From: an uncultured virus (IMG/VR IMGVR_UViG_3300020213_000018)
Taxonomy: Duplodnaviria; Heunggongvirae; Uroviricota; Caudoviricetes
DNA length: 64,000 nt
Direction: 5' to 3' (one strand)
IMG/VR virus record: IMGVR_UViG_3300020213_000018
Part shown: in pieces, positions 1-10,211 of the stretch
Position numbering within the stretch: position 1 is the stretch's first letter
Layout of the letters: each line of letters begins with the position of its first letter
Translations under genes and position numbers: made by a program
The notes under the pieces: generated by a model
Databases searched by the model: none
What the model saw: the letters and a program-made list of their open reading frames with translations, nothing else
Told to the model about the DNA's origin: nothing

Positions 1-228
1 TCTAAGTTTTTTATTAAAGATAAAAAGTGTTTTTTAGAATTAGAAAAATCGGATTTATGGTGCGATTACGATAATATTTGGTCAGTTTTTGAATCGCAAT
101 TTGACATGAACTACAAGCAAATACAAGGCTTTATAAAGGATATGGTGAAAGAACATCTTAATATGAAGGGGGTAACACCCGAGTTCTTTGAACCAGCCTC
201 GGTTATATATGGTGAAAGAACATCTTAA
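1..228 (+). CDS. Partial (5' truncated) hypothetical protein ending ...DMVKEHLNMKGVTPEFFEPASVIYGERTS
   Basis: Frame 1 is open from the window edge to TAA at 226-228 (my translation; not in the ORF track). Confidence 0.6.
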   Translation, partial: SKFFIKDKKCFLELEKSDLWCDYDNIWSVFESQFDMNYKQIQGFIKDMVKEHLNMKGVTPEFFEPASVIYGERTS

Positions 229-289
229 TATGAAGGGGGTAACACCAATAAGGATGGAGTTCAGGAAAAAGTATGAATGAGGTAACACC
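140..289 (+). repeat. 40-bp direct repeat x2 (140-179, 207-246) plus partial GGTAACACC (281-289)
   Basis: ATATGGTGAAAGAACATCTTAATATGAAGGGGGTAACACC is seen twice, 27 bp apart. Confidence 0.9.
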
Positions 290-331
290 AACCATCGAAT
301 AATAATAATTTAAAAAAATAAAAATAAAAAA

Positions 332-646
332 ATGAAAACAACCACATATAAAGAATTGACCTTTAAAAGCGGTGATGTTATTCCCGCTAATACAGAGGTA
401 GAAGTTTTACCGTTAAGGCATAAAACTGAAAATAAAAGCCACCCTACTAAATGCAGATTGTTTTATAATGACAAAGAGTATGGATGTAACTATACTTCTG
501 TTTTTGAACAACCTTCTGAAAGTGAAATACAATCAATGGTATTCGATAGTAATTGCCCGTCAGTAGGTGGGCAATACGATATTGAGCCTGACGGATTCGA
601 CCCCGAAGGTTTCCCTTCATGGTTACAAGCATTAGGAATTGTTTAA
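332..646 (+). CDS. Hypothetical phage protein (C-terminal IEPDG...PSWL motif)
   Basis: 104 aa ORF with A-rich leader, same strand as neighbours. Confidence 0.75.
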   Translation: MKTTTYKELTFKSGDVIPANTEVEVLPLRHKTENKSHPTKCRLFYNDKEYGCNYTSVFEQPSESEIQSMVFDSNCPSVGGQYDIEPDGFDPEGFPSWLQALGIV

Positions 647-674
647 TCAAAAAAAAACTAAAAAAAAACATAAG

Positions 675-1379
675 ATGGAAAAATATTCAGGATTCCCTAA
701 AACTAAAGAAGAAGCTCAGTTACGTGCCGATGCTCTTTGTGAAAATTTAAAACAAACTATTGGTGGCGAATGGATAACCCGTGTATGGTTTAACTCATGG
801 TGGTGCTACGATGTTAAGTTGGGTACTATGAGTGTTGACTACTCATCAAATAATGAAAAATTCGGATGTTTAATTTCAGATGAAAAATTCGGATGTTTAA
901 TTTCAGATAAAGCAAACACAGCTACATTCGGTGCTATTGTTTGGACTTTAGGAAACAGAAATAATACTTTTGATACTGCCAAAGAAGCGGTTGATGCAGC
1001 ATTTAAAACGGCTAAAGATATTACCGAAAATCTTACTGCAATAATTAATAGCAACGATGCTTTAATTAGCAGTAAAAAAACTTTTATAAAAGTAAAAAAC
1101 AAATTGCGTGTTTCTCACTTTGCACAATTACCATGCAAACCTTTTATTATTGATGTAACCGATGAAATTGAAGCAAAAAAGATGCGTGACACTTTAGCTA
1201 ACCAACATTTATTTCTTTTTGAAAATAAAATAATTCCTGACTACTCAAATGCAATATGTATTGAGATGTGGGATGAAAACAATGACGGTGAAGGTAATGC
1301 AGATTGGTGTGACTACTTCAACGAAGAAGAAGGAATGGACTTCGATGAACTTGAAAAAACTTATTTAGAAATTAATTGA
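675..1379 (+). CDS. Protein with C-terminal P22 Gp17-like (superinfection exclusion) domain
   Basis: LRVSHFAQLPCKPF...DTLANQHLF..EN.IIPDYSN resembles the Gp17 family; likely start MEKYS at 675 rather than 639. Confidence 0.55.
   Translation: MEKYSGFPKTKEEAQLRADALCENLKQTIGGEWITRVWFNSWWCYDVKLGTMSVDYSSNNEKFGCLISDEKFGCLISDKANTATFGAIVWTLGNRNNTFDTAKEAVDAAFKTAKDITENLTAIINSNDALISSKKTFIKVKNKLRVSHFAQLPCKPFIIDVTDEIEAKKMRDTLANQHLFLFENKIIPDYSNAICIEMWDENNDGEGNADWCDYFNEEEGMDFDELEKTYLEIN
853..908 (+). repeat. 27-bp in-frame tandem duplication (EKFGCLISD x2)
   Basis: ATGAAAAATTCGGATGTTTAATTTCAG occurs twice back to back. Confidence 0.9.
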
Positions 1380-1530
1380 TTAAACACTATTTTTATGGAT
1401 AAAAAACAATCAACACTACAATACCTAATACAACAAATTAATATAAACATAACAGGAATGATAAGCGTTATTAATAACCATTTGAGGATGATGTCGCATA
1501 CGCAGATTAACAATTAAAAAAACTAAAAAA

Positions 1531-1812
1531 ATGATTTCATCAGATTTTAGCACCAAAGATAATACCTTCCATGTAGTCTTAGACAACAAGGTTAAGCTAT
1601 CAGGTACATTTAAAGTGGTTGTTGTAAAAAGCATTGCTTTATGTTCCGTTAACATTATTGCCGAGTGTAATAAGCATGAACCACCTGCTGATAATGATTT
1701 AATACAAGTATTTAATTTTATTACAGCTAAACGTGAAATAGAAAGCCGTTTATCAAATTTTATGCTACTTAGAGTAAGTGGTTCTTTTCCGAATCACGAA
1801 ATACAAAAATAA
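1531..1812 (+). CDS. Hypothetical protein
   Basis: 93 aa ORF preceded by AAAAACTAAAAAA. Confidence 0.65.
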   Translation: MISSDFSTKDNTFHVVLDNKVKLSGTFKVVVVKSIALCSVNIIAECNKHEPPADNDLIQVFNFITAKREIESRLSNFMLLRVSGSFPNHEIQK

Positions 1813-1834
1813 TTGAACTAAAAAAAACAAAAAC

Positions 1835-2464
1835 ATGAGCCAAGATAATAATGATGAAGGTGTTGAAAATAATTCAAACATTAATACCAACGAGAAAAAA
1901 GAATTAAAAAACGTAAGTAAATCTAAAGAAAGAGAAGCACCGTTTTACGCACCTAAACGTAATATTCAGTTATTAAGATTTTTCAAAAATATATTTCCTA
2001 ATAATGAAATAAGACTTGTTGGAAATGAAAATAATCCTGCTGTTGTAATTGATTTTGAAACTAAATTATCATGCTATGTATCTAACTTCGATGTTAGATT
2101 CAACAACAAAAACATTAAAGGAGATGTGTTATTTGAAGTAAAGTTGAAAGAAAAATTTGAAGATATTAAAGTATCAACAAAAAAAGTAGGTGATGTTGTT
2201 ACTGAAATTAAATTCGATAAATTATTGATAGATGATTGGTACAAAAATAATCAGCATGGAAAAATGTTTAGAGTTTATTTGGAGTGTGAAAGCACACAAT
2301 CACCTTTATACCTTGTAGGTTGGAATTATAAAAACAAAGTAACTAAGCAAGGTAAGTATCCTATATTTGCTGAATATGAACCATTCGTTTATTTCACAAA
2401 ACAAAAACCTTTAGAGATTCAGGAAGAACTAATACAAATGGGGTATAACGTAATTGTGATTTAA
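1835..2464 (+). CDS. Hypothetical protein
   Basis: 209 aa ORF, operon packing. Confidence 0.8.
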   Translation: MSQDNNDEGVENNSNINTNEKKELKNVSKSKEREAPFYAPKRNIQLLRFFKNIFPNNEIRLVGNENNPAVVIDFETKLSCYVSNFDVRFNNKNIKGDVLFEVKLKEKFEDIKVSTKKVGDVVTEIKFDKLLIDDWYKNNQHGKMFRVYLECESTQSPLYLVGWNYKNKVTKQGKYPIFAEYEPFVYFTKQKPLEIQEELIQMGYNVIVI

Positions 2465-2467
2465 TTT

Positions 2468-2839
2468 ATGGTTCGTAATATTTCATTTGTAAAACAATTA
2501 CAAAAAAAACACCAAACATTTCAATCTGAAAACAATATTGCTGAAATTGATTATAACAGCGTTAAGTTTTTAGATGCTGACCTGCGAAACATTAACCGTA
2601 AAAAAAACCGAGTTATAGTTTACATCTGTAATGAAGTTAAAACTAAAAAAAAGATTGTGTTCGGTAAATACTTCTCAAAGAACGCTGATTGTGATAATGT
2701 AATATCCGATATAATGGATGAACTTTTAGCATTAGGTTATCGTATGCGTAAAGCAAAACAAACAACCTGTAAATTATTAGACCTGCATAACAATAACATT
2801 AACACAGACATAATTAAAGAAAAAAATAAATTAATTTAA
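2468..2839 (+). CDS. Hypothetical protein
   Basis: 123 aa ORF, operon packing. Confidence 0.7.
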   Translation: MVRNISFVKQLQKKHQTFQSENNIAEIDYNSVKFLDADLRNINRKKNRVIVYICNEVKTKKKIVFGKYFSKNADCDNVISDIMDELLALGYRMRKAKQTTCKLLDLHNNNINTDIIKEKNKLI

Positions 2840-2845
2840 ATTAAA

Positions 2846-3364
2846 ATGGAAAATACATTAAGGAAAATAAATGGTAAGGAAGTTAATCCTATATCTGACT
2901 TAATCATTGTAGAAAAACTTGATTGGTCAAAATTAAACGGAATGTTAAATGAATATTTACATGAACGTTTCCCTGAACGGGCGGATGAAGAATTTTATTT
3001 CGATGAACAATATTCAGGTTTTATTGAAATAGATAAATCTACTTGCTTATTGATTACCCGTGAGGCTATTGGTATTGAACCTGAAATATTAAATTTGAAA
3101 AACGGAATAATTGGATTCATTATCGGTGTAATGGTTCAATCAAAAATTAAAGGTGTAATAAATGTTATGCCTGAGTTTGATTTTTCACTTAAAATTACTA
3201 AACTACCAAAAATGCAAACGGGTGATAAATTAAAACTACCTGATTTCATGGGCAGCAGATACAAATACAATCCCCGTGTTGCAAGTAATGAAACTCAAAT
3301 TATTGATTTCCTTGAAAAATGTAATTACAAACTATTTCCGAAAAAAATAAAAACAAATAATTAA
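2846..3364 (+). CDS. Hypothetical protein
   Basis: 172 aa ORF. Confidence 0.8.
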   Translation: MENTLRKINGKEVNPISDLIIVEKLDWSKLNGMLNEYLHERFPERADEEFYFDEQYSGFIEIDKSTCLLITREAIGIEPEILNLKNGIIGFIIGVMVQSKIKGVINVMPEFDFSLKITKLPKMQTGDKLKLPDFMGSRYKYNPRVASNETQIIDFLEKCNYKLFPKKIKTNN

Positions 3365-3408
3365 ATAACCACAAAAAACCAAAAACCAAAAACCAAAAAA
3401 AAGCAATT

Positions 3409-4017
3409 ATGAAAATCAACATTTCAAAAATGAACAAAGCCATTGTATTAATGGTATTGTACAACGAAAGTAAATCACAAGGCAATAGTTTTCTCGGTGG
3501 AAACGGTGCTGACATGAACCAAGAAGAAGCTACTAAGCGACTTGAATCACAAACCGATTTCGATTACCTTAATGGTAAGGTGATGAAAATTAATTTGAAG
3601 CCTGATGCGCTTGAAACGTGGTTATATGACAGAGATAACGGTGATGGTGCTGCTTTAAAAGCAATTCAGTCGGTTTATCCTGATGCTATTGCAATTACCG
3701 AAGAAGAAGTGATAGAGGATGTTGTTATTAAGACTGAGCCTCTTATTGTAAGTAAAGTACAAGCCAAAGGTAGAATGGAAAGAACAGGGCAAACAAAACC
3801 TATTTACACATATATTTCAACAGGTAAAATATTGAAATTTAAAAAACGTAAAACAAATAAGTCTGTTTCTAAAATTGAATACAGTAAAGGTTTCTTTACC
3901 GTGAACGGAGAAATTCGCAAAGAAACAAAAGCTAAGAAAGCGGGTAGAGTTATTGAAACTGTTGCTGCACTATCGGATAAATTCGGTAAAGTGAAACACG
4001 AAAGTAAAAAGAAATAA
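3409..4017 (+). CDS. Hypothetical phage protein (N-terminal FDYLNGKVMK...LYDRDNG domain, basic C-terminus)
   Basis: 202 aa ORF. Confidence 0.8.
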   Translation: MKINISKMNKAIVLMVLYNESKSQGNSFLGGNGADMNQEEATKRLESQTDFDYLNGKVMKINLKPDALETWLYDRDNGDGAALKAIQSVYPDAIAITEEEVIEDVVIKTEPLIVSKVQAKGRMERTGQTKPIYTYISTGKILKFKKRKTNKSVSKIEYSKGFFTVNGEIRKETKAKKAGRVIETVAALSDKFGKVKHESKKK

Positions 4018-4037
4018 ATTAAAAAAAAACAAATACT

Positions 4038-4064
4038 AAGCGCAGGGATAAGCTCTGCGCTTTT
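4038..4064 (+). terminator. Rho-independent terminator
   Basis: AAGCGCAGGG-ATAAG-CTCTGCGCTT stem followed by T residues. Confidence 0.75.
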
Positions 4065-4152
4065 AAATATTTTATTCTAATTACTGATGCTAAAAATAAA
4101 ACATTATATTATCTACAAAAATAATTTCAACTATTTAAAAAACTAAAACAAA

Positions 4153-4524
4153 ATGGACTTCATTAAAAAATCACCTTGCCAAAATTGCCCGTACAGATGC
4201 GATGCACCTTTGTCTTTATGGAGTGCTAAAGAGTTTATTAATTTATTAAAAAATGAACGTTCACAATTTGGTGCGGTTTACAGTTGTCATAAAAAAGATG
4301 GTGGCGTTTGTGTAGGATGGTTGATGAATCAGGATGAAAACAGGATTCCAAGTATAGCGTTACGTTTAATGCTAAGTCAAAAAGGAATTACTCGTAAATA
4401 TTTGGATTCATTAAATTGCAAGTCTAAAAGATTTGAAACTATTGAAGAAATGATTGTCGCAAATTTTCCTGAACTAAAAACATTTGTTGAAAAATTAAAT
4501 AATAATAATAATCATGGAAAATAA
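4153..4524 (+). CDS. Cys/His metal-binding protein, DUF6283-like
   Basis: PCQNCPYR...YSCHK...CVGW motifs. Confidence 0.6.
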   Translation: MDFIKKSPCQNCPYRCDAPLSLWSAKEFINLLKNERSQFGAVYSCHKKDGGVCVGWLMNQDENRIPSIALRLMLSQKGITRKYLDSLNCKSKRFETIEEMIVANFPELKTFVEKLNNNNNHGK

Positions 4525-4536
4525 AAAAATACGAAA

Positions 4537-4695
4537 ATGGCTAAAAGCAGAAAAGGTTTAGGAAAAAAGCACGGAGATGATTTCAAGAAGAATCAAGTCT
4601 GTGATTCAAAACACCGAGTTTATTCAGGAAAAGGTACTGATAAAGATTTCGATGTTGTGTTTAGTGAGTTCAGTAAAAAAAATAAAACAACATAA
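4537..4695 (+). CDS. Small basic hypothetical protein (52 aa, MAKSRKGLGKKHG...)
   Basis: Own translation; fills the gap between flanking genes. Confidence 0.5.
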   Translation: MAKSRKGLGKKHGDDFKKNQVCDSKHRVYSGKGTDKDFDVVFSEFSKKNKTT

Positions 4696-4706
4696 AAAAT
4701 AAAAAA

Positions 4707-5198
4707 ATGGAATTAGAATTTATAACAACACCTGTTATTACAGGAGATTTCAAACCAAAATTTTATTGGACAGGAAATATTCTTATTGATGCGGAACGTA
4801 TCAACAGACCTCACATAAAAAAAGAAGGTGAGAAGGAAAACCGAATAAAGGAAACTATTGATATTTTAACCGACTTGGAAGGTTTATACAGATTCACACT
4901 TACTGACGCAATTAACATTCAAAACCGCTTATTAAAATCTAATAATTGGAGAGGGATTAAAGCAGGTCTTCGAGAACAGAATGTTAATTTAAGCATGGTT
5001 GACCACACCAAAGTACCTGAACTCATAAATAAGCTATTTCCCGTCGTTTCTATGAACGAAACACATTTATTGGAGTGGTTTCGTCAGGTACAGTTAATTC
5101 ATCCGTTATCCGACCTAAATGGACGTGTATTCGGGATTATCGTATCATTGATGAAGACTTATATTAAAACCCATCCTATCGTGGTAAATCTACCTTAA
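4707..5198 (+). CDS. Fic/Doc-like protein
   Basis: HPLSDLNGR resembles the Fic motif HPFxDGNGR. Confidence 0.7.
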   Translation: MELEFITTPVITGDFKPKFYWTGNILIDAERINRPHIKKEGEKENRIKETIDILTDLEGLYRFTLTDAINIQNRLLKSNNWRGIKAGLREQNVNLSMVDHTKVPELINKLFPVVSMNETHLLEWFRQVQLIHPLSDLNGRVFGIIVSLMKTYIKTHPIVVNLP

Positions 5199-5200
5199 AT

Positions 5201-5324
5201 TGTTGATAACCACCCATTTTAAAACCTTTAACTTAATGATAATCAATATATTAGTTTATTTAACAACTTTTGTATAAAAACACTTACATTTTTGTAAGTC
5301 AATCGAATTTTGTAAGTATATTTG
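5201..5324 (+). promoter_or_regulatory. Conserved promoter/operator module, copy 1
   Basis: TGTTGATAACC; TGATAATCA (5237); palindrome ACTTACA-TTTT-TGTAAGT (5282-5299); second TGTAAGT (5311) overlapping TATATTTG (5317-5324, Bacteroidota -7 box). Confidence 0.75.
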
Positions 5325-5360
5325 AGTAACAGTTAGTCTAAAATTTAAAACCTTAAAAAA

Positions 5361-6956
5361 ATGGAATCAATCACAGTAAAACACTTGTTGAACAAATATC
5401 GTTCCGATATTGACAAACAGTTAGAAGCCCTTGTACGTGTAGCAAAGCGTTTAAAGTTAACTCCCCCGACTTGGGAAATTAGCGAGGTTTACGACCACGA
5501 ATTTTCTATTGAAGTTGGTTTTGAAGATGAAAGCCACGATGTAGAAGTAGAAGTTTATATCGAGCCTTGTTTCGATATTATATTACACATTGCTGACACT
5601 TTAAAAATTGACGGTAATTGGATTTTTGCCTGTGCAATAGACCACCGTGCAAAAGCAATGATACAGGTTTATGAAGATGCAGTTATACCAATGCGTTATA
5701 ATCCTTCAAATGACTGCTGTGAGCATTGCGGTAAAAAATATCCGAGAGTTAAATCTTATGTCGTTCTTAATGAAAACACGAATGAATTTAAGCAGGTTGG
5801 TAAAGGTTGTTTAAAACAATTCTTAGGTATAAATCCTGCTTCTTATATTACAATGTTTGAAGCCATCAGTAAATTTTCTCCTATCATTGTTGGTTTCGGT
5901 AGAAAAAATCAAGGTGGAAGACTTGATAATTTAGCTTACGATGTAAAAGAAATGTTGCAATTCACAATTCACCAAGTAGGAAAAGACAAAGGTGTTTTTG
6001 TAAAAGCAGAGTGGGAAAAAGTACGTGTTATTAATTTTAGAGGTTATGAAGATTTTAAAAATGTTCGTACAAATGAAGGTCAAGCAACAATTGATAAAGT
6101 AAATATTAGGTTAGCTGCTATCGGTTATTTTCGTTTGAACCCGAACATGAGAAATGATAATACGACCATTGAGCAATTGAATGAACGTATGAAATATCAC
6201 CAAAATCGTTTGGAGCTATTCAATGGTGTTAACGTAAAAGAAAATAATTATGCTTATACACGAAAAGGTGAGATTGAATATTCAATCAGAGAAATTAAGC
6301 AACACATTCACGCTATCACTTTTAAAAATTTACTTGACGAAGAAATTTTGAATTACAGTTTCAAAATCGAAGCGGTAAAATCATTCGTGAGAGATTTAGT
6401 TATTCCTGTTATTGAAGAAGGTGATTATCTAAGTAGCTTTGACGAATACAAACAACTTTTGAAAACAGTATTTTTAAAAGACCGCACATTGCAATCGAAT
6501 TTAAAAAACATTGTATCAGGTTATGGCTTCTTTTTAAAGCAAGTTGAACGTGAGAAAGCGGATGCAATCAGAAAAGAAAATGCAAAACACTTACAGTACG
6601 TTGGTGTTGTTGGTGAAAAATCTGAATTGATTTTGAAAGTTATTGATGTTTCTTACGGTGAAGGTGCATACGGTACTTGGAAGCTGTGGAAGTTTGAAGA
6701 CGAACAAGGAAATAAATTTTCTAAGTTCGGTGAGCTACCTAAAAAATTCACTACTATTGAATCCGACAAAACTGAAACAGAAAGTAACCAACATGGTAGC
6801 TGTGATAATGGTGATACAAGTATCGGTTCAACCATAAGCGTTAATGCTATGATTAAAGAGCATAAAGAATATAGAGAAGAAAAAAGCACCATGTTAGGTA
6901 TTTTGAGTAAGGTTAAAAAATCAAATTATATTTACGAAACAAAAAAAGTAAAATAA
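5361..6956 (+). CDS. Phage protein with Zn-ribbon (CEHC...C) and C-terminal OB-fold-like domain
   Basis: CCEHCGK..R...QVGKGCL; C-terminal YVGVVGEK...YG...WKFED.QGN pattern. Confidence 0.7.
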   Translation: MESITVKHLLNKYRSDIDKQLEALVRVAKRLKLTPPTWEISEVYDHEFSIEVGFEDESHDVEVEVYIEPCFDIILHIADTLKIDGNWIFACAIDHRAKAMIQVYEDAVIPMRYNPSNDCCEHCGKKYPRVKSYVVLNENTNEFKQVGKGCLKQFLGINPASYITMFEAISKFSPIIVGFGRKNQGGRLDNLAYDVKEMLQFTIHQVGKDKGVFVKAEWEKVRVINFRGYEDFKNVRTNEGQATIDKVNIRLAAIGYFRLNPNMRNDNTTIEQLNERMKYHQNRLELFNGVNVKENNYAYTRKGEIEYSIREIKQHIHAITFKNLLDEEILNYSFKIEAVKSFVRDLVIPVIEEGDYLSSFDEYKQLLKTVFLKDRTLQSNLKNIVSGYGFFLKQVEREKADAIRKENAKHLQYVGVVGEKSELILKVIDVSYGEGAYGTWKLWKFEDEQGNKFSKFGELPKKFTTIESDKTETESNQHGSCDNGDTSIGSTISVNAMIKEHKEYREEKSTMLGILSKVKKSNYIYETKKVK

Positions 6957-6957
6957 A

Positions 6958-7731
6958 ATGAAAGTTAAAAAAAATAATCGTGTTGTTATGTTTGAAATTA
7001 GTGATAACAGCGAAAATCGTAAGTACGAATATAATCGTAATGGTAGTGGTAGTTATAAAAAACCGTTTGGTGATTTTATTGAATCGTTAGGATTTCAAGT
7101 AGTAATATCTGACCATATAGACAGGATAACAATAAACGGGCATAACTTCGACCTTAATCTCAATAACTCATCCTATATGTCAAAGAACGCTTGGAATCGG
7201 GAAGAAAATGTAAGGAAACCAATAAACAGATTTATTTCTATCATGGCAGGACACGATACTACTCTGATTAAAATTCATTTCAATAAAGAATACGATGGAG
7301 ATAAGTTATGTGAAAAAATAAATGCTGCTATTAAAAGTATAATTGATATTGAACAATATCGTATTGACAAGGATAATAAAAATAAAATAAACACAATAGC
7401 TATTGCGGAACACTTTATGAATTTAGGTAATTTCAAAGATATTGTTGAGTATATCAAAATACATAAAGGAAATATTCATTATACTATTGATGTAGCTTAC
7501 ATCGTTGTTACAACAAAAGGTGAATTAGTTAGTTTTGATACTCGTAAAACAGAAGTAAAAAATGAAGCTGATTTATCTGATTTATTTTACAAACTATCTA
7601 CACTGAAAGAAAGAACTGAAAAAATATTATACATTGTAAAACAAAATCCAATTAATGAAAATTTAATTTCATGGGCGGAAAACGCATACAATAGTGATTA
7701 CAATGTTAAGGAAATAAATTATCAAGATTAA
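6958..7731 (+). CDS. Hypothetical protein
   Basis: 257 aa ORF. Confidence 0.8.
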   Translation: MKVKKNNRVVMFEISDNSENRKYEYNRNGSGSYKKPFGDFIESLGFQVVISDHIDRITINGHNFDLNLNNSSYMSKNAWNREENVRKPINRFISIMAGHDTTLIKIHFNKEYDGDKLCEKINAAIKSIIDIEQYRIDKDNKNKINTIAIAEHFMNLGNFKDIVEYIKIHKGNIHYTIDVAYIVVTTKGELVSFDTRKTEVKNEADLSDLFYKLSTLKERTEKILYIVKQNPINENLISWAENAYNSDYNVKEINYQD

Positions 7732-7793
7732 TAATAATAATAATAATAAATAGTTAGTCAACAATATTAAAACAAAATAAAACAAAATAAAAC

Positions 7794-9512
7794 ATGGAAG
7801 CAACAAAAATACAAAAAGGCGAAGTTAAAACTTTACACTTCACTGTTACAGGTGAAGGTATGACAAATACAATTCGTGATAGTTGGGTTAGCGATATGCC
7901 TAAACACGCATTAGCGATTTGCGAAAGTTTAAGCATGAATACTGAACAAGCCTTAGAGGTTATAACAGGTAAGAAAAGATTAACGGGTGATACCCGTGTT
8001 GATGAAGGACTTGATTGGGAGGATGATAACACAACAGAAGTAAGCGGTATTAAACTTGATGTTCAAACAATGGTTGACCGTCTTGAAAAAAAATACATTG
8101 ATGCTTCTGAGGGTTTAAATTTACTTAATGGTAATTATGAAGTTCTTAACAATCTCATATACAATTTCAGAGGTAACATTAGAGATGATGAAGATATGGA
8201 AGACAACGAAAAAAGTCTTGGTTATTACAAATCAATAATTTCAAGTGCTTTAGAACAATTAGAAGTTGTTTATCCTCTTGTTGGTAAATCAATGAAAGAC
8301 CTGCCTATAAATAAAGTTCGCTCTGCTTCAAAAATAATTCAGGAAGCAAAAAAACAACAAACTAAAGAAGATTTTGAAGAACGTAAAAATAATACTGAAA
8401 ACATTTTTCAAGAAAATTTAAGCCTTGTTATGAAAACTGAGTTGAAAAACATGAATCAAGAAGAAACGGAGGAATCGGAAGAACAAGAAATTGAATTAAC
8501 AAAAGAAGAAAAGAGGGATAAAGTTTTCTACACTAATATGATGTCAGGGAGTAATCCATTTTATATCGTTAATTGCTCCGTTGAAAAATGTAAAGACGAA
8601 AATTTATACTCAGGTTTCTTGTTGCCTGATGGAACATTTTTTGGTGGTCGTGGTATATGGATACACAGATGTATTCTTGATGAATTAGCTGAGTATGATT
8701 TCTTCAAGGATAAAGATTATACAAACGACGAAGATAGTGTTCAGGATAAAGGTGGTTGGATTAAAGTATCGGGTGGCGATTGGATGATATGGGAGCATAA
8801 GCACAAACCAACAAAAGAACAAATTGAATTTATTATTTCTTTTACTACTGAGGTTCGTGAAACTGCCTTTATATCAATAAACTCGTTTAATAAAATACAT
8901 ATTCAGGTTTTTGCTGAATTATTAAACGGTAGAGAGTTTGAATCTTTCAAAATGGCAGAAGAAAGTAAAGAACTGCCTGAACTTGAAAAAGAAAATAACA
9001 ATTTCCCTTCATTGGATGATATTGAAAAAATGGATGTGATGTGTTCAATATTTTTTCAGCCTGACAACACTTTCATTAAATGGTTGGTGGAATATGCCAA
9101 CGGACGTGTTATAATTGATTGTGGAGCAGGTACAGGTTACACAACAGCATTAATAAACCGTAATGGTGGAAAAGCTATTGCCATAGAGCCAACGTGGACA
9201 ATTGAGCGTAAAATGTTTTGGATTAAAAATGATATTAATTTCCATGTATTCCCTGAAAAAGCGGAAACTTGTAGTATGATAAAAGATTTGGGCGGTGATA
9301 AAGCTGTATTATTGTTTGCTCGTCCTTGTCATAGTGGTTTTGTTGAAGCTACAATTAACATTATGCCTAAAGGAATGGAAGCATTGTATATTAGCCATAC
9401 TCAAGAAAATGTATTAATTGATTTGGGTAGCAGTAAACAAATTAAACGTACAAAATTAGAGCATCGTGGTACTTCAAAAGGTAAAGAATTTGTTTTATCA
9501 ATTAAAAAATAA
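7794..9512 (+). CDS. Multidomain protein with C-terminal class I SAM-dependent methyltransferase-like domain
   Basis: VIIDCGAGTGY...AIAIE motifs; central GFLLPDGTF domain. Confidence 0.65.
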   Translation: MEATKIQKGEVKTLHFTVTGEGMTNTIRDSWVSDMPKHALAICESLSMNTEQALEVITGKKRLTGDTRVDEGLDWEDDNTTEVSGIKLDVQTMVDRLEKKYIDASEGLNLLNGNYEVLNNLIYNFRGNIRDDEDMEDNEKSLGYYKSIISSALEQLEVVYPLVGKSMKDLPINKVRSASKIIQEAKKQQTKEDFEERKNNTENIFQENLSLVMKTELKNMNQEETEESEEQEIELTKEEKRDKVFYTNMMSGSNPFYIVNCSVEKCKDENLYSGFLLPDGTFFGGRGIWIHRCILDELAEYDFFKDKDYTNDEDSVQDKGGWIKVSGGDWMIWEHKHKPTKEQIEFIISFTTEVRETAFISINSFNKIHIQVFAELLNGREFESFKMAEESKELPELEKENNNFPSLDDIEKMDVMCSIFFQPDNTFIKWLVEYANGRVIIDCGAGTGYTTALINRNGGKAIAIEPTWTIERKMFWIKNDINFHVFPEKAETCSMIKDLGGDKAVLLFARPCHSGFVEATINIMPKGMEALYISHTQENVLIDLGSSKQIKRTKLEHRGTSKGKEFVLSIKK

Positions 9513-9517
9513 TAAAA

Positions 9518-9696
9518 TGAAAACAACAACTAAAATAATCAAAGGTGGGCGAAGTTACCGTTATGATATTTTCTATGACATACACGGAGATACGGCAACC
9601 GCAACTGTTATTGGAAAAAACATTACTGATGCGAAAAAGAGATTTAAGAAAATATACGGTGGATGGAAAATTACTCACCATCAAAAGTTGAAGTAA
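9518..9696 (+). CDS. Small hypothetical protein (MKTTTKIIKGG...)
   Basis: ORF track 9466-9696; start probably the internal ATG near 9518 (approximate). Confidence 0.55.
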
Positions 9697-9705
9697 TTGT
9701 GACAA

Positions 9706-10191
9706 ATGGTAGTAATTAAACAATTTAAAAATAAAATTATGAAATTAATAAACATATATAGATTAATTTACTATAACAAGGTAAGCATTTGGCAGTTAAT
9801 TTCAATTCCATTTGTTATTTTGCATTTAAGATATATTCAATGGAAATATAAATACATTACCATTAACAATAATGGCAACCAAACAAGTAGCAATCTTGCA
9901 AGGTTAGGTATTTTACAAGCGTGGGAAGAATACTACAAGAAACAATTTGATAGTTGGGGGAAATATCATTACAGATTTAGTTATGAAGATAAAACTAATA
10001 AAATACATAAAGATAACATGAAGTGGTTATTTCCTGAGAAAAATTTTAAAGAATGGGATATTATTATTTGGCATTGTTACGAAGCAGTAACATATTATCA
10101 TAATAAAATTTATAGACTTAATAATGATGTTTCAACACATTATTCTACTGATATAAAAAAACAAATTAAAGAGTGGAATAAAGAAAAATAA
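9706..10191 (+). CDS. Hypothetical protein
   Basis: 161 aa ORF. Confidence 0.65.
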   Translation: MVVIKQFKNKIMKLINIYRLIYYNKVSIWQLISIPFVILHLRYIQWKYKYITINNNGNQTSSNLARLGILQAWEEYYKKQFDSWGKYHYRFSYEDKTNKIHKDNMKWLFPEKNFKEWDIIIWHCYEAVTYYHNKIYRLNNDVSTHYSTDIKKQIKEWNKEK

Positions 10192-10211
10192 TATTCAAAT
10201 AAAAACTAATT

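Noticed and set aside
140..289. CRISPR array
   Set aside because: Only two full repeats, the first is protein-coding, it is not palindromic, and no cas operon is present
7730..7752. (TAA)n microsatellite
   Set aside because: Expected slippage in very AT-rich intergenic DNA
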